From contig NC_068982.1 in NCBI RefSeq assembly GCF_001194135.2, positions 38,445,330 to 38,485,509 of the forward strand: a stretch of DNA of 40,180 nt. Reading direction: 5' to 3'. Made by a program: the position numbers and the translations under genes. This DNA comes from Octopus bimaculoides (lineage: Eukaryota). Each line of letters begins with the position of its first letter. The first letter of the stretch is position 1. The notes below the pieces were generated by a model, which worked only from the letters and a program-made list of their open reading frames with translations, did not search any database and was not told the origin of the DNA. Shown piece by piece: positions 23,146 to 34,138 of the stretch.

Positions 23146-24249
23146 GTTAGAGTAATCGGACAGAATGTCTTATGTATATGTTCTGCTCCTCTGTGCTTTA
23201 AGGTCAAATCCTGCCAAGGTCAACCTTGCTTCTCTTTTTTTTTTCTTTTTTGAGTTGATCACAAAAGTACCAATCTAAGTCAGCCAATTATCAGAATTAT
23301 AAGTAACGTTGCACTGGATGTTTTGTGTCTATTTGCCCTCCTTCCTCATTGTGTTTTGCATTCAAATTCCACCCTGGCTTATATGAGTGACAGACCTTTT
23401 CTGTCACTGTCTAACACCACCACTTGGTGCCTTGGGGACCCTTTAATAGAGTCCACTCTGATGTAGGCATTTGATTTGAAAATACCTTCCTCCTTCCCTC
23501 CAGTTTCCAAGGCTCTGTAAAGGGTCATAAGCACTGCCTTCCCTCTTGACTAACAGCAATAAAAAAATTTTTTTTTTTTAAAGTATATCTTTGAAATAAG
23601 ATTGAACATAGTACCTTTATTTTAACGCACACCATCAGTACTTCTACTCTGCCAAAACATTTGCTCCTGAGCAGCCACCACAGAAAAATAGATATACAAT
23701 AATGGATATTACAATTTTCAACCTGATGCGGTACCTTCATATCAGTCCTAATAATGTATCTGAATTTAGATTGTTATCATTTAACGTCTAATGTTTTCAA
23801 AAGGTGTTTGCTACATCTGGGTCCTTTGTTGTTGGAGGTAATTATGGTATTATCTAATTCTTGGTTTTACTACTACTTTCCTAAATAAAAGCCTTTATTG
23901 TTTAACTGTCAACTGATAATGGTAGTCATAGCAACAAGTTTACAATTACTTTAGTTACACAATGGAAAATAGCAATCCTAGTTGGTGCAATGACACTGAA
24001 GCCACAACAAAGCAGAGTTGTTTAAAGAATTGTTTCTTATATGAATGCTTTATTTCTGTTGTATATTGAATGTCATCTCTGATACATAAATATATATGTC
24101 ATGAACAAATGTGAAATCAATTTTCTTTTTTTATTTTGTTACCTCCACCTCCTGCGATACCCATTTATTGAGTTTTTCTGAACTTTCATGTTGTGAAAAT
24201 TTCAAACAACTGTGGGATGGTGGAAATTTAGTTCTCAGTTGTCTTGCAT

Positions 24250-24506
24250 ATATCAGTGTAGTAACTTGGGCTAGTGTCTTCTACTGCTTCAAGCCAATCA
24301 AGGCCTTGCGTGTGGGTTTGGCAGACATAAACTAAAAGAAGCCTGTCATGTGTGTGTGTGTGGGTATTTGTTCAGACATACATATGTGTCCATGCATAAA
24401 TACATATGAACATACAAACATGCATGTATACATACATACATATATACATACATGCATGCATGCATGCATGCATACATACATACATACATACATACATACA
24501 TACATG
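24250..24506 (+). mobile_element. 5' half of a family-B SINE plus (TG)/(ATAC)n microsatellite
   Basis: aggccttgcgtgtgggtttggcagacataaactaaaagaagcc then microsatellite; matching 3' half at 25700-26070. Confidence 0.7.
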
Positions 24507-25694
24507 CATGGGGCATCAGTTTTTTTGAGGTCATTTGTATGAATTTAGAGAAAGATGCATAGCTCATCAAAGAAAAGCTGTATTTGAAAACAAATCTGTA
24601 CAAATAATCTTGGGAATCATTTTATCAAGCTTATTTAATGAATCTGCCATTTGCATCAATGGCTGCTTCAATATGCAGAAGCATTGACATGCCTGAATCA
24701 GATGATCTCTATCACTTTTAGACATAGCAGATTTGAGAGATTGTATAGTGTTATGGGGTTGTTGACTGACCTCTCTCTCGACTATGCCCCATACATAATA
24801 GTCCAGTGGATTGAGGTCTGGTGAGCTAGGAGAACATGATCATGGAGATTAGTATGCACCCACTCTTGGGTTGTCCTAGCCTTATGAGATAGTGCAGAGT
24901 TTTGTTGGAAAACACATCGTTTTCTGTTGCATACTCTGTCCATCCAGGGCCTCACAATTTTCTCCAACGCCTCTGTGTAGATTGTGGCATTGACTTTTAA
25001 GCGCTGTGGAAAAAGGTGAGAAGGCATGACATCTCCCTTATTGCTGACGACTCCCAGAACTACCATAGTTGCTGAAGCTTAAGTATCCATGACTGTTGTA
25101 ACCTCATTCAGGTATCTGCATAACCATCTGTCACTCTTTTGTTTTATTTTTTGATCCTGATTGAATCTATTTTCATCATAGAAAAAACTAAAGCTTTCCA
25201 GCCTCTTTATATTTTAAGTTGTTTAACAAGTGCTTTGTACAGATTGATTGATTCTCTCTTGTCAAACTCAACATAAACCAATTTGTCATCACATATGACT
25301 TGTACCAGCTCTTATGATGATGCATTTTGAAACCTTGAGGTCCTTTGCAATGGTTCTGATTGATTTCCAGGATTTTTATCGATTATTTCTTGAACTTTGG
25401 AGACAAAGTTATGTGTTCTGATGGTATTAGGACCCTGTGCATACATTTTGCATTTAGCAGCTGTTTGAGTTCAGCTTCTTTTGAACTTTGACAATGGGCA
25501 ACTTTTAGGAAGTGAGCAGTTTCTGTATCACTAAGCCTGTGCTTTTATGGCAATGATTGCAGCGCATCTTTTCATTTACTGAGCCAGCCTGGTATCTGAG
25601 ATTATTTATCTGTAAAGTAAGTTTTAAAAAATATGTTAGAAGAAAGTTAGAACTCTTCAAAGAGGCGTTCTGAAAAAAAATTTGAAGCATTCTG
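24507..25694 (-). mobile_element. Degenerate maT/DD37D-type Tc1-mariner element
   Basis: Minus translation FFYDENRFNQDQK..MVVLGVVSNKGDVMPSHLFPQRLKVNA..FQQNSALSH..PSSPDLNPLDYYVW; decayed TIRs; TA at 25695-96. Confidence 0.88.
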
Positions 25695-25699
25695 TACAT

Positions 25700-26070
25700 A
25701 CACGTATACATACATACACACACACACATACACACACACATACCTGCATACACACACATTCACAGACATGCACACACACACATGCATGCACACTTGCACA
25801 CACACACACACATACATGTATCTGTGCATATGTGTGTACCCTTATTCTGATATTATGTGACAGTTGTTAATATGCATCACAATCATGATGTTGTTCATTT
25901 CCAATTTTTTGTGGAAAAACATGTCAGGTGATGGGAAATATTACCTTGCTTGGAAACAGGTAATGACTGGCAACAGGAAGGGTATCTGACTGTAAAGCAT
26001 CTGCCTCAGTAAATTCCATCTGACCCATGCAAGCAATGAAATATGGACATTAAAATGATGGTGATGATGC
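25700..26070 (+). mobile_element. (CA)n/(TG) microsatellite plus 3' half of a family-B SINE
   Basis: gatgggaaatattaccttgcttggaaacagg...cccatgcaagc..ggacattaaaatgatggtgatgatg. Confidence 0.75.
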
Positions 26071-26092
26071 TTCTATAGTTGGTTGTTGTCAA

Positions 26093-26290
26093 TCACAGAT
26101 GGTCACCAGTGATTCTCTTCAGCTTCAAGAATCTTGCTTCTACTATGAAATGTTTGGAACCAATGTAGATCTGTGCATTCATTGACAGTTCTCCAGCCAA
26201 ATACATGATTGATGTTACAGTTTCTGCTGCTTTTGGTTCCATTTTCAACTTATACAGTAAAATTACCTGAATTTTATTTTCCCTCATCTT
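26093..26290 (-). pseudogene. N-terminal fragment of a mariner transposase
   Basis: MRENKIQVILLYKLKMEPKAAET resembles mariner RxIFLYEFKLGxxAAET helix-turn-helix start. Confidence 0.65.
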
Positions 26291-26874
26291 TAATTTGGCA
26301 ATCTAAAAGAAACAAGTATAAAACTACTAGCATACATGTATAAACTGAAATGTGGATTTCAAAATGCTTTGTTACATAATAATGATAATGTTAATTGTGG
26401 TATGTTTATGTATTGTTTTGCAAGATTCTTGATGTGAAAATGTCTGTTGAAACAAATATTGTTATACTTGGGGATGGTTATGTTTTGCCAGGTAAACACA
26501 TACACACACTATTTATTTGATCTTCACTTTAGTTATATTAGTATTATTTTTTGTTTAGTTTATTTGTCTGTCAAAGTTCTTCCATCACACATTTTGTGAC
26601 CTCTTCAGTGACACTATGCTCCATGTGTCTCCTCTTGCCCTGCCTTTTCCATTTTGCTCTCTTGTAGTAATAAAACTAATGCGAAGATCAAATAAATAGT
26701 GTGTATGTTTAATTAGCAAATGATGACCATCTCCAAATATAACAATAATTGTGGTAGTTATAATGAAATTTGTATGTGCCAGTAATGGAGGCAAAAGTAA
26801 GTAAACTTTTCATAATATTCATGATGTCACTTGAAATTATTATAATTATAGTCACTTCATATATTTCCATATAG

Positions 26875-27000
26875 GTGTATCAAATCCAGAAGAGGAATAT
26901 CACATGAGACGATATGAAATGGGTATTGCTGAAGGAACATCTGATCTCCCTCCAGGCAGCTGCTTTCCTTTAGAAAATAATCTGGTATTTTTAAATGGTG
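26875..27000 (+). CDS. IBA57: IBA57 coding exon 4 ([41 protein letters not shown])
   Basis: atAG at 26873-74, GTaagt at 27001; R..G(I/V)(A/P)EG..DLPPG..PLE.N motif; phase 1/1. Confidence 0.96.
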
Positions 27001-27019
27001 GTAAGTTGTATCATTTCAG

Positions 27020-27570
27020 TTGTATCATTTCTGGATCTCAACCATATCAAAAATCTTTGGTCCATCATTAAACAAAATGTTTGTGCCAATAGACACCAAT
27101 TTACATTGAAAGATGTTTTATGGGTGACCATAAAAGCTGCAGCAGAAGCAATCCAACCTGCTGCTATTAAGAAATTGACAGATTCCAGGACTAATAGGGT
27201 TTTTGAAGTTATCTGTTGAAATGGCACTCATGTGGTTAAATAATTCATTATGTCAATAAATGTTATAATATTATTATGGTTTTCTGTTAAATATATACTC
27301 AATGTATGCTTAATATGAATCATTACTCTTCATTTTCTGAAAAACAATGTCTAGATGGGCTATTTTCATTCAAAAACTATTATCGTGGTTCACCCAAAAA
27401 CTGAAGAATCTGAAATAAAAAAGAAACAACGTTACACAGCATAATGGAAACATAACAATGGTGTTGCCATAGTGTACAAACCATCTGGGAAAATTGTTAT
27501 CAAAATCGATTCACAGAAAACTGAGAAATCCTAAATTTCACTCCTGAGCTATTAGTGTGATTCTGGGTGT
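27020..27570 (+). mobile_element. 3' fragment of a Tc1-like element with right terminus
   Basis: [39 protein letters not shown] resembles Tc1 DLNPIENLW C-terminus; terminus-like ..gtgtgattctgggtg|TA. Confidence 0.8.
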
Positions 27571-27575
27571 ATATA

Positions 27576-28457
27576 CGAGGTCTGATCAATAAGTATCTGG
27601 ACTTTTATCATAGTAATGAAGCTAAAGCATGCAGAGTGAAGCCACTTAGCAAAGATTAACCTTGAACTCTGCTGTGCATGCACACTAAGTTTTAACATTC
27701 TAGCTCACTTATGCTGTTTACAGCAGTGCTTGGAAGGAAGATTTGTAGTGTGTAATGATCGCATTGACCATGACAGAGAAAGTTGTCATGGCAGTATCTA
27801 CTCAGAGGCCTAAGCAAAGTTGCAGAAAGTGTACAGAGAGGAATGTATGAACTGCACGCAAGTGTACGAGTGGTTCAGACATTTCCAAGATGTCCGAAAA
27901 AGTGTCGATAGTGACGAATATTTTGAGAGATCTGCAACCAGCAGAACTGAGAAAAACATTGCAGTTGCGAGGGGAAATCATCGAATCACCATCTGTGAGT
28001 TATCAGAGGATGTGCAGATTAGTTACAGTTCAGTTCAGTCCATTATCACTGAAGATTTGGGTATGAGAATGTGTCTGCCAAGTTTGTGCCAAAACTGCTT
28101 TCAGATGACGAAAAAGACTCTCGAGTTTCAGTTGCACAAGATCTCCTTGATTGCGTCAAGAACGATGAAAACTTTTTGAAAACTTTGCCTAGGCCTCTGA
28201 GCAGGTATCGCCAAACGTTAGGCAAAATTTGATGCAGATTCTCTACTCAACTTTCTCTGTCATTGTCAATGTGATGATCACATGCTACACACCTTCCTTC
28301 CAAGCACTGCTGTGAAAAGCAGAAGTGAGCTAGAACGTTAAAACTTTGTGTGCATTCACAGTAGTGTTCAAGGTCAATCTGTGCCAAGCAGCTTCACATC
28401 CCGTGCTTTAGCTTCATTACTAAAGCAACAGTCCGGATACTTATTGATCAGACCATA
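27576..28457 (+). mobile_element. Internally rearranged mariner element carrying two 5' ends (~285-bp inverted arms)
   Basis: TA-cgaggtctgatcaataagtatc / gatacttattgatcagacc; HTH-coding VYEWFRHFQD..RITICELSEDVQISYSSVQSI; right arm is an inverted copy of the 5' end including ATG. Confidence 0.9.
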
Positions 28458-28554
28458 TATATATATATATAATCATTTATAATTTGGCTTTGTAATGTCC
28501 CTATATCTCTTTATGCTTGTGGCAAATCAAAGAAATCAATCTGTTCATTATTAA

Positions 28555-29755
28555 GAAGGCAGTGAGCTAACAAATATTAGCATGCCTGACAAAATGCTTT
28601 GTGGCATTTTGTCTGTCTTTACATTCTGAGTTCAAATTCTGCCTTTCATCCTTTTGGGGTTAATGAAATAACTGCCAATCAAGTACCAGGGTTGATATAA
28701 TCAGCTTGCTCCTTCCCACCAAAAATTTCAGGCCCTGTACCTCTAGTAGAAAAGATTATGAATATTATTAAGGTGATGAGCTGGCAGAATGATGGACAAA
28801 ATGCTTAGAGATATTTCTTCTGGTTTTACATTCTGAGTTCAAATTCCACCAAATCAACTTTGCCTTTCATCTTTTTGAGGGTCAATAAAATAAGTACCAG
28901 TTGAACACTGGGGTCAATGTAACTAGCCCCCTCTTGCAAAATTTCAGGCCTTGTGTCTATAGTAGAAGAATTATTATGATTATTACTGAAAATTGCTATC
29001 ACTGAGTGGATTATATAATGTATTTCTAGACGTTAAGGTTTTGAGTTTACACCTTACTGCAGAAACCATATCTGAACCTTCAGAAAGACATTAGCTCTGT
29101 TTGTCAGGGATTTTTGCACCTGATCCAGAAATTATTGTCATTACTGTCATTTTCCTTTTTCTCCTTAAATTTTTTATGAGTAGTGGAGTGGAGTGGAAGA
29201 AATAATAGGTATACATAATTATGCCCCTTCCCATTGCTCGAGGACAATAGAAGCTGTATACAAAAGCAATATTTTTTTAGTACTTATTTCTTTTACTGTT
29301 AATAGAATACATTTGTACTGATTTTCGTTGGATAAGTTTAGCCAGTTACATCTTTCTCCTCAGATCATCAGTTGTTTTGGCCAATGTAATTCTCCGCCTA
29401 CTCATCATTATCATTACCACCACCACCACCACCACCATCATCATCTCATCATCATTTCTTCCAGATGTTTGCATGCTAAGCAAAATGCTTAGTGGTCTCT
29501 CATTCTGAGTTCACCGAGGTCGACTTTGCCTTTCATCCTTTTGGTATTGATAAAATAAGTACAAATTGAGCATTGGGCTTTATGTAATCAACTTACCCCC
29601 TCCCAATGTTGTTAGCCTTGTGCCAAAATTTGAAACCCTTGTCATTATTATTATTTTTGCCTTTCATCCTTCGGGGTAGATAAGTACCAGTTGAACACTA
29701 GGGTTGATGTAATCAACTTACCCCCTCCCCCGAACTTGTTAGCCTTGTACCAAAA
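28555..29755 (+). mobile_element. Four family-A SINE copies (~28555, 28770, 29470, 29655), all on +
   Basis: Repeated cattctgagttcaaattc..ttgcctttcatcc..aagtaccagttg. Confidence 0.85.
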
Positions 29756-29781
29756 TTATTATTATTATTTTTATTTTTTAG

Positions 29782-29881
29782 TGAGTTTCCAGAAAGGTTG
29801 TTACATTGGGCAAGAACTTACTGCTCGGACTCATCATAGAGGAGTTATTCGCAAACGTCTCATGCCTATTTTCTTCCAAAG
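29782..29881 (+). CDS. IBA57: IBA57 coding exon 5 ([28 protein letters not shown])
   Basis: ttttAG at 29780-81, GTaaga at 29882; contains the YgfZ/IBA57 signature KGCYxGQE; phase 1/2. Confidence 0.98.
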
Positions 29882-30045
29882 GTAAGAACTGATTTATACA
29901 ATTTAAAAAAAAAAATATTTCTCTTTTTTTTTATCTATATAAAATTGCTTAAAAAGAAATTGTTTACTTTTTACATCATAAGACCTTTAGAAGCTTTGAG
30001 AGAACGTGAAATAATTCAGTTTTTGAATAGTGAAAGTGAAAGCAG

Positions 30046-30424
30046 ATAAAACTATAAATAATAGCATGTGAAACCTTCAACTTTTACTATCCAAAGAGTT
30101 TTTAACCCAGTATTTATTCACCATTATTCATAGCTTTATTTCAAGTGCTTATATTTTAGTACAGCTCATTAAATTCTTTAATTGTTCTACTCATTGAACT
30201 GGAGCACTGCTACTGGTGCCCTGTCTGGTTGTTATTGACTCATAAAAATGAACATGAGTGTAAAGGCACATAACATGCCAAATTTTGCCTACATTGGCAT
30301 TGGTCAGCCCTAAGGTATGGAACTCAAAGAACATAAAGCTATAAATAGTGAGTAAATACTGAGTTAAAAATCCTTTGAATAGTAAAAGTTGAAGGCTTCA
30401 CAGGCTTATTATTTATAGTTTTAT
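30046..30424. mobile_element. ~380-bp fold-back MITE-like element with ~90-bp inverted arms
   Basis: ataaaactataaataa..tgtgaaaccttcaacttttactat..tttttaacccagtattta vs reverse complement at ~30333-30424. Confidence 0.8.
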
Positions 30425-30499
30425 TTACTTTAACTAAATGCTATGCAGTGAGGCCAAACCCAGAATCATATGTTTGTAATCTACATAGCCTGGTAGCCA

Positions 30500-30900
30500 T
30501 GCCTACTTCCATACATATGATGGCAGCAAATGAGAGAATTAACATGTAATTATAGTGAGGAAGATAGGAGATAAAGCACTGAAGGCCAATCTGAGCCTTA
30601 TGAAGGAGATGACTAAGGAATAAGATATCTGGCACACTGCTGTACTCAAGAAGACTCGTCTGCCACAATAGAATTGATACTGGGGCTGGTGTCACTTAAA
30701 AAAGCACTATACTGGTGTCACATAAAAAGCACCCAGTACACCTTGTGGAGTGGTTGGCATTAGGAAGGGCATCCAACTATAGAAACCATGCCAGAACAGA
30801 TAGTGGAACCTGGTGTGGCTCCCTGGCTTTACCAGCTCTGGTCAAAACTGTCCAACCCATGCCAGCATGGAAAATGGATGTTATATCATGATGATGATGT
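30500..30900 (+). mobile_element. 3' end of an RTE-clade LINE with (GAT)n tail
   Basis: Relic ..LKANLSLMKEMTKE*DIWHTAVLKKTR resembles RTE C-terminus (EMTxDRxxWR); runs into the same 3'UTR as the 1-208 family. Confidence 0.7.
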
Positions 30901-31943
30901 GAGTGGTTGAATAATCAATAGTGACATAAAATTACAAGTTTATTCATTCATTTCTTGTGATGTGATCCTTGAAAGTTAATGTGCAGACTATATGGAATAT
31001 TGCCAGTTTAAGAGTGAGTCTTGGGTAGGATTGAACTAGAATATTTGAGCAGGATCTTTCAGCACAGATTGTGAATCACCTACCTGTGATAGAAATCATG
31101 CATAAAAGGCATAACGTGCTGGACATTGTTATAACTTCATAAAGTTGAATAGCGTGCTTTCACATGTTTACTCATGTGCAAACAGGTTGATATCGCCACA
31201 GTTTCTCTAGTTGCTTTCTTTATGGCTTAGAAGTGGTTTTCATATTATTAGTGTTAAAAAAAAAAAAGAGTGTGTTCTAGAAAATGTTTTGAAGTAAATA
31301 AAATTTCGTATGATATTCTTCATAAATGGAAATAGGAGAGTTCAGCAAGTTCATTTGCTGTTAGGGTGGTGAATTCTACTATTTTGGGTACTTGTCCTGT
31401 CTGAAATCTCTCAGAGAGCAAGAGAGAGAGAGAGAGTACATTTAAAAGTGTTGTTGCCTTGGTTACAAAATTGAAAATAAAAAATGGTAAAAGTAAAAGA
31501 GTGGAAAAAAACAGTGAGAGGGTAATGTGAATATTGCCCAAGGTGAATGATGGAGTGGTAGTAAAGTGTGAATCAAATTCTCACAGAACCTGTCTCCCAA
31601 ACAGCAACTCATTTCCCTCTGTTTAATGCAGGACAGAACTTGCAAGTTATGCACCATGTAAGATTGTAAAGTAACAAGAATCTCCATTTGCTTTTCCACA
31701 GACAAGGAACTCAGCAAATACATTTTTGGAGGAGGTCATAGTAAAAAGTGAAGCAGTTCTGATTTAATAAAGTTTATATTTTATGTTTGGAATTGTTTAT
31801 TTATTTTTGACTTATGTATGAAAGTCAAATGTTGATATTTCTCTTGAAAAAAATGTATACTGGTAGAAAAACTTAAGGAAGAATAAAATTTCTTCAGCAG
31901 ATAATGATTGTTTCATTTTTAAAATTTCATTTTTACATATAGC

Positions 31944-32280
31944 GGGCATGGCTCAGTGGTTAGAGCATTGGGCTCACAATCATGATGAAGTGAGTTTGAT
32001 TCATGGAACAGGCTGTGTTTTGTGTTCTTCAGCCAGACACTTTAATTCATGTTGCTTCAGTTCACTCAGCTGTAGAAATGAGTTGCAACATCTCTGGTGC
32101 CAAGCTGTGTCGACCTTTGCCTTTCCCTTAGATAACATCAGTGGCATAGAGAGGGGAGGTTGATATGCATGGGTGACTGCTGGTCTTCCATAAACAACCT
32201 TGCCTGGACTTGTGCCTCAGAGAAGAACTTTCCAGATGCAATCCCATGCATCATTCATGACCTAAGTGAGTCTTTACCTT
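31944..32280 (+). mobile_element. tRNA-derived SINE, family 'C'
   Basis: A-box tggctcagtgg and decayed B-box gagtttgattc, followed by SINE body rather than a tRNA 3' end. Confidence 0.85.
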
Positions 32281-32719
32281 TTTAACATATATAATTGCCA
32301 AACAACTGAAGAAAGCCATCAAAGATATAACCACAGCTGCTGAAATCAGCTCAAGGTGGCCATAGTTGATAAGAAACCAAAAGTGGAACCCTTCCATTGG
32401 TGAGGACTAGTTCAGCCCTTGCTACTTCAAAGCCCTTGCTACTTCAAAGTGTAAAAGCTAAAGAGGGAAAGTGTTTGTGACCCCAAGAAACCTGTTAATG
32501 ACACAGAAAGGTTCCAACATTGCAATGAATTTAGAAAGAGAGCTTGTAAAATCTCTGAATTACGCTTGCAGTTTTTGCATGGGGCAAAGAATCTCCAATG
32601 TTTATTTCATTCCAGCTAATGTTTAAAGAATAAGATGCATTATAAATCTTTAAACCATAAAGCTTATTTTGCACAATTATTGTTAGACATCACATGGTTA
32701 AGGCTTCGTACATGCTGTA

Positions 32720-33240
32720 CAGGGTATCCCAGATTTAACTATCTATTTCAATAAAATCAAGCAAATTTTTAAAAAGCTCAGAATTTTATGTTTATTAGTT
32801 AATTATTATACAAAGACAAATAGATTTATAAATCTTACATCAAAACTTTATTGAAAATTTTCAACATGTATTGTATCTGTATCCCTGCAAATTTCAAATC
32901 TATTCTTAACATTGCAAAACACATTTTGAAGCATTTCAGGAGTTATCTCCTGCACTGCTAACTGAATGCATTCTTTAAGTTCAGCTAAACTATTGCTCTA
33001 TCCTGGGGATAGTGGTAGAAAAAAATGATTGCAGCCAAATTGAAAAGAAGTTGTCATGAGCAGATAAGTGGGATCCCACAAGAATGAAACTAAAATTATA
33101 AAAGAATTTATAAAAATTATAAAATTATAAGCAAAATTTAAAATTTATACACTTTTAACATACATTAAACACAATAAACTTAAATAAAGTGAGTTTTTTA
33201 AAAAATTGCCCGATTTCACTGTTCATTCTGGGGCTCCCTG
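32720..33240. mobile_element. 521-bp Tc1/mariner-type MITE
   Basis: TA|caggg...ccctg|TA termini; imperfect inverted similarity over ~80 bp. Confidence 0.8.
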
Positions 33241-33389
33241 TATTTACTCAAAATTGAAAAGATATTGCTTATTTTGTATTGAGTTCATTCTGTTGTCTTG
33301 TAATGTAAGTTACTAGATTTTGGCAGATTCTATGTCAATAACATTTGGCTGTTAATTCTATTGTTCATAGTTTTTGTTTTGTATTTTAG

Positions 33390-33594
33390 TGAGCCCGGAG
33401 AGATTATGAAAGACAAGCCAATTGTTGATTCTACAGGGAAAAATATTGGCAAATTTCGAGGTAATATTGGAAAACATGGCTTAGCTTTATTGCAATTGAA
33501 ACCTGCTCTACAGATTCAAGATGGATATTTTGATTTGGACAATCACAAAGTGAAACCTAAAATACCTGCTTGGTGGCCAAATCTGAATATTTAG
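33390..33594 (+). CDS. IBA57: IBA57 terminal coding exon (EPGEIMKDKPIVDSTGKNIGKFRGNIGKHGLALLQL...KIPAWWPNLNI*)
   Basis: ttttAG at 33388-89; G(K/R)F..G.GLALL and WWP motifs; TAG at 33592-94; six exons sum to 1242 nt (413 aa + stop). Confidence 0.95.
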
Positions 33595-34138
33595 CAGTTT
33601 GAAGAAGCTAATTAAATATCTTACTAAACCTAGATGTATCTAACCATCAGAAATAATAATAATTTATTAAAAATATGTTTGAATATCTAAAGATGTTTCT
33701 TGCTTTTTTTTAAAGATTTTTTCTTTTTCCATATCATATAATTTTATAAAAGACATGCTGAAACACATTTTTTAGATATCCTGATTTTATGAACAATCCA
33801 AAAAGTTTTTATAAAGAAAGTTTGTTAATTAAGATTTATTAAGATAAAAAATATTCCAGAAATGTTTTAGTTATAAATTAAATGTTCAGATAAAAGGAGT
33901 TGTAAACATATTTTGCTGGCATTTAATAATTAAATAATTGGGCCACATTCTTCTCTGATCTTGTTACTAAAAACAGCAATACAGTGATGTTTGTAATAAT
34001 ATGAGTGGTTCCAATATTATCAAGATTCAAGCAAGTGTTAATTTCTATTCACTATTTTGCTATTCTCTATCACAGCACATTAACAAAACTCTTAACCCAC
34101 TTTCTACCTTGTTAAATCAAGAACACCTCAGATTTCAG

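Noticed and set aside
23804-23837. 34-nt AG/GT-bounded micro-exon candidate in intron 3
   Set aside because: Would shift the frame and does not rescue the 26425 segment; weak pyrimidine tract.
24346-25870. ORFs rich in CV/HT/MYV repeats (24346-24603, 25505-25870; also 35005-35208)
   Set aside because: Translations of (CA)n/(ATAC)n microsatellites.
31944-32020. tRNA gene
   Set aside because: Has A/B-box remnants but no acceptor stem or cloverleaf; it is a SINE head, as at ~12750 and ~37430.
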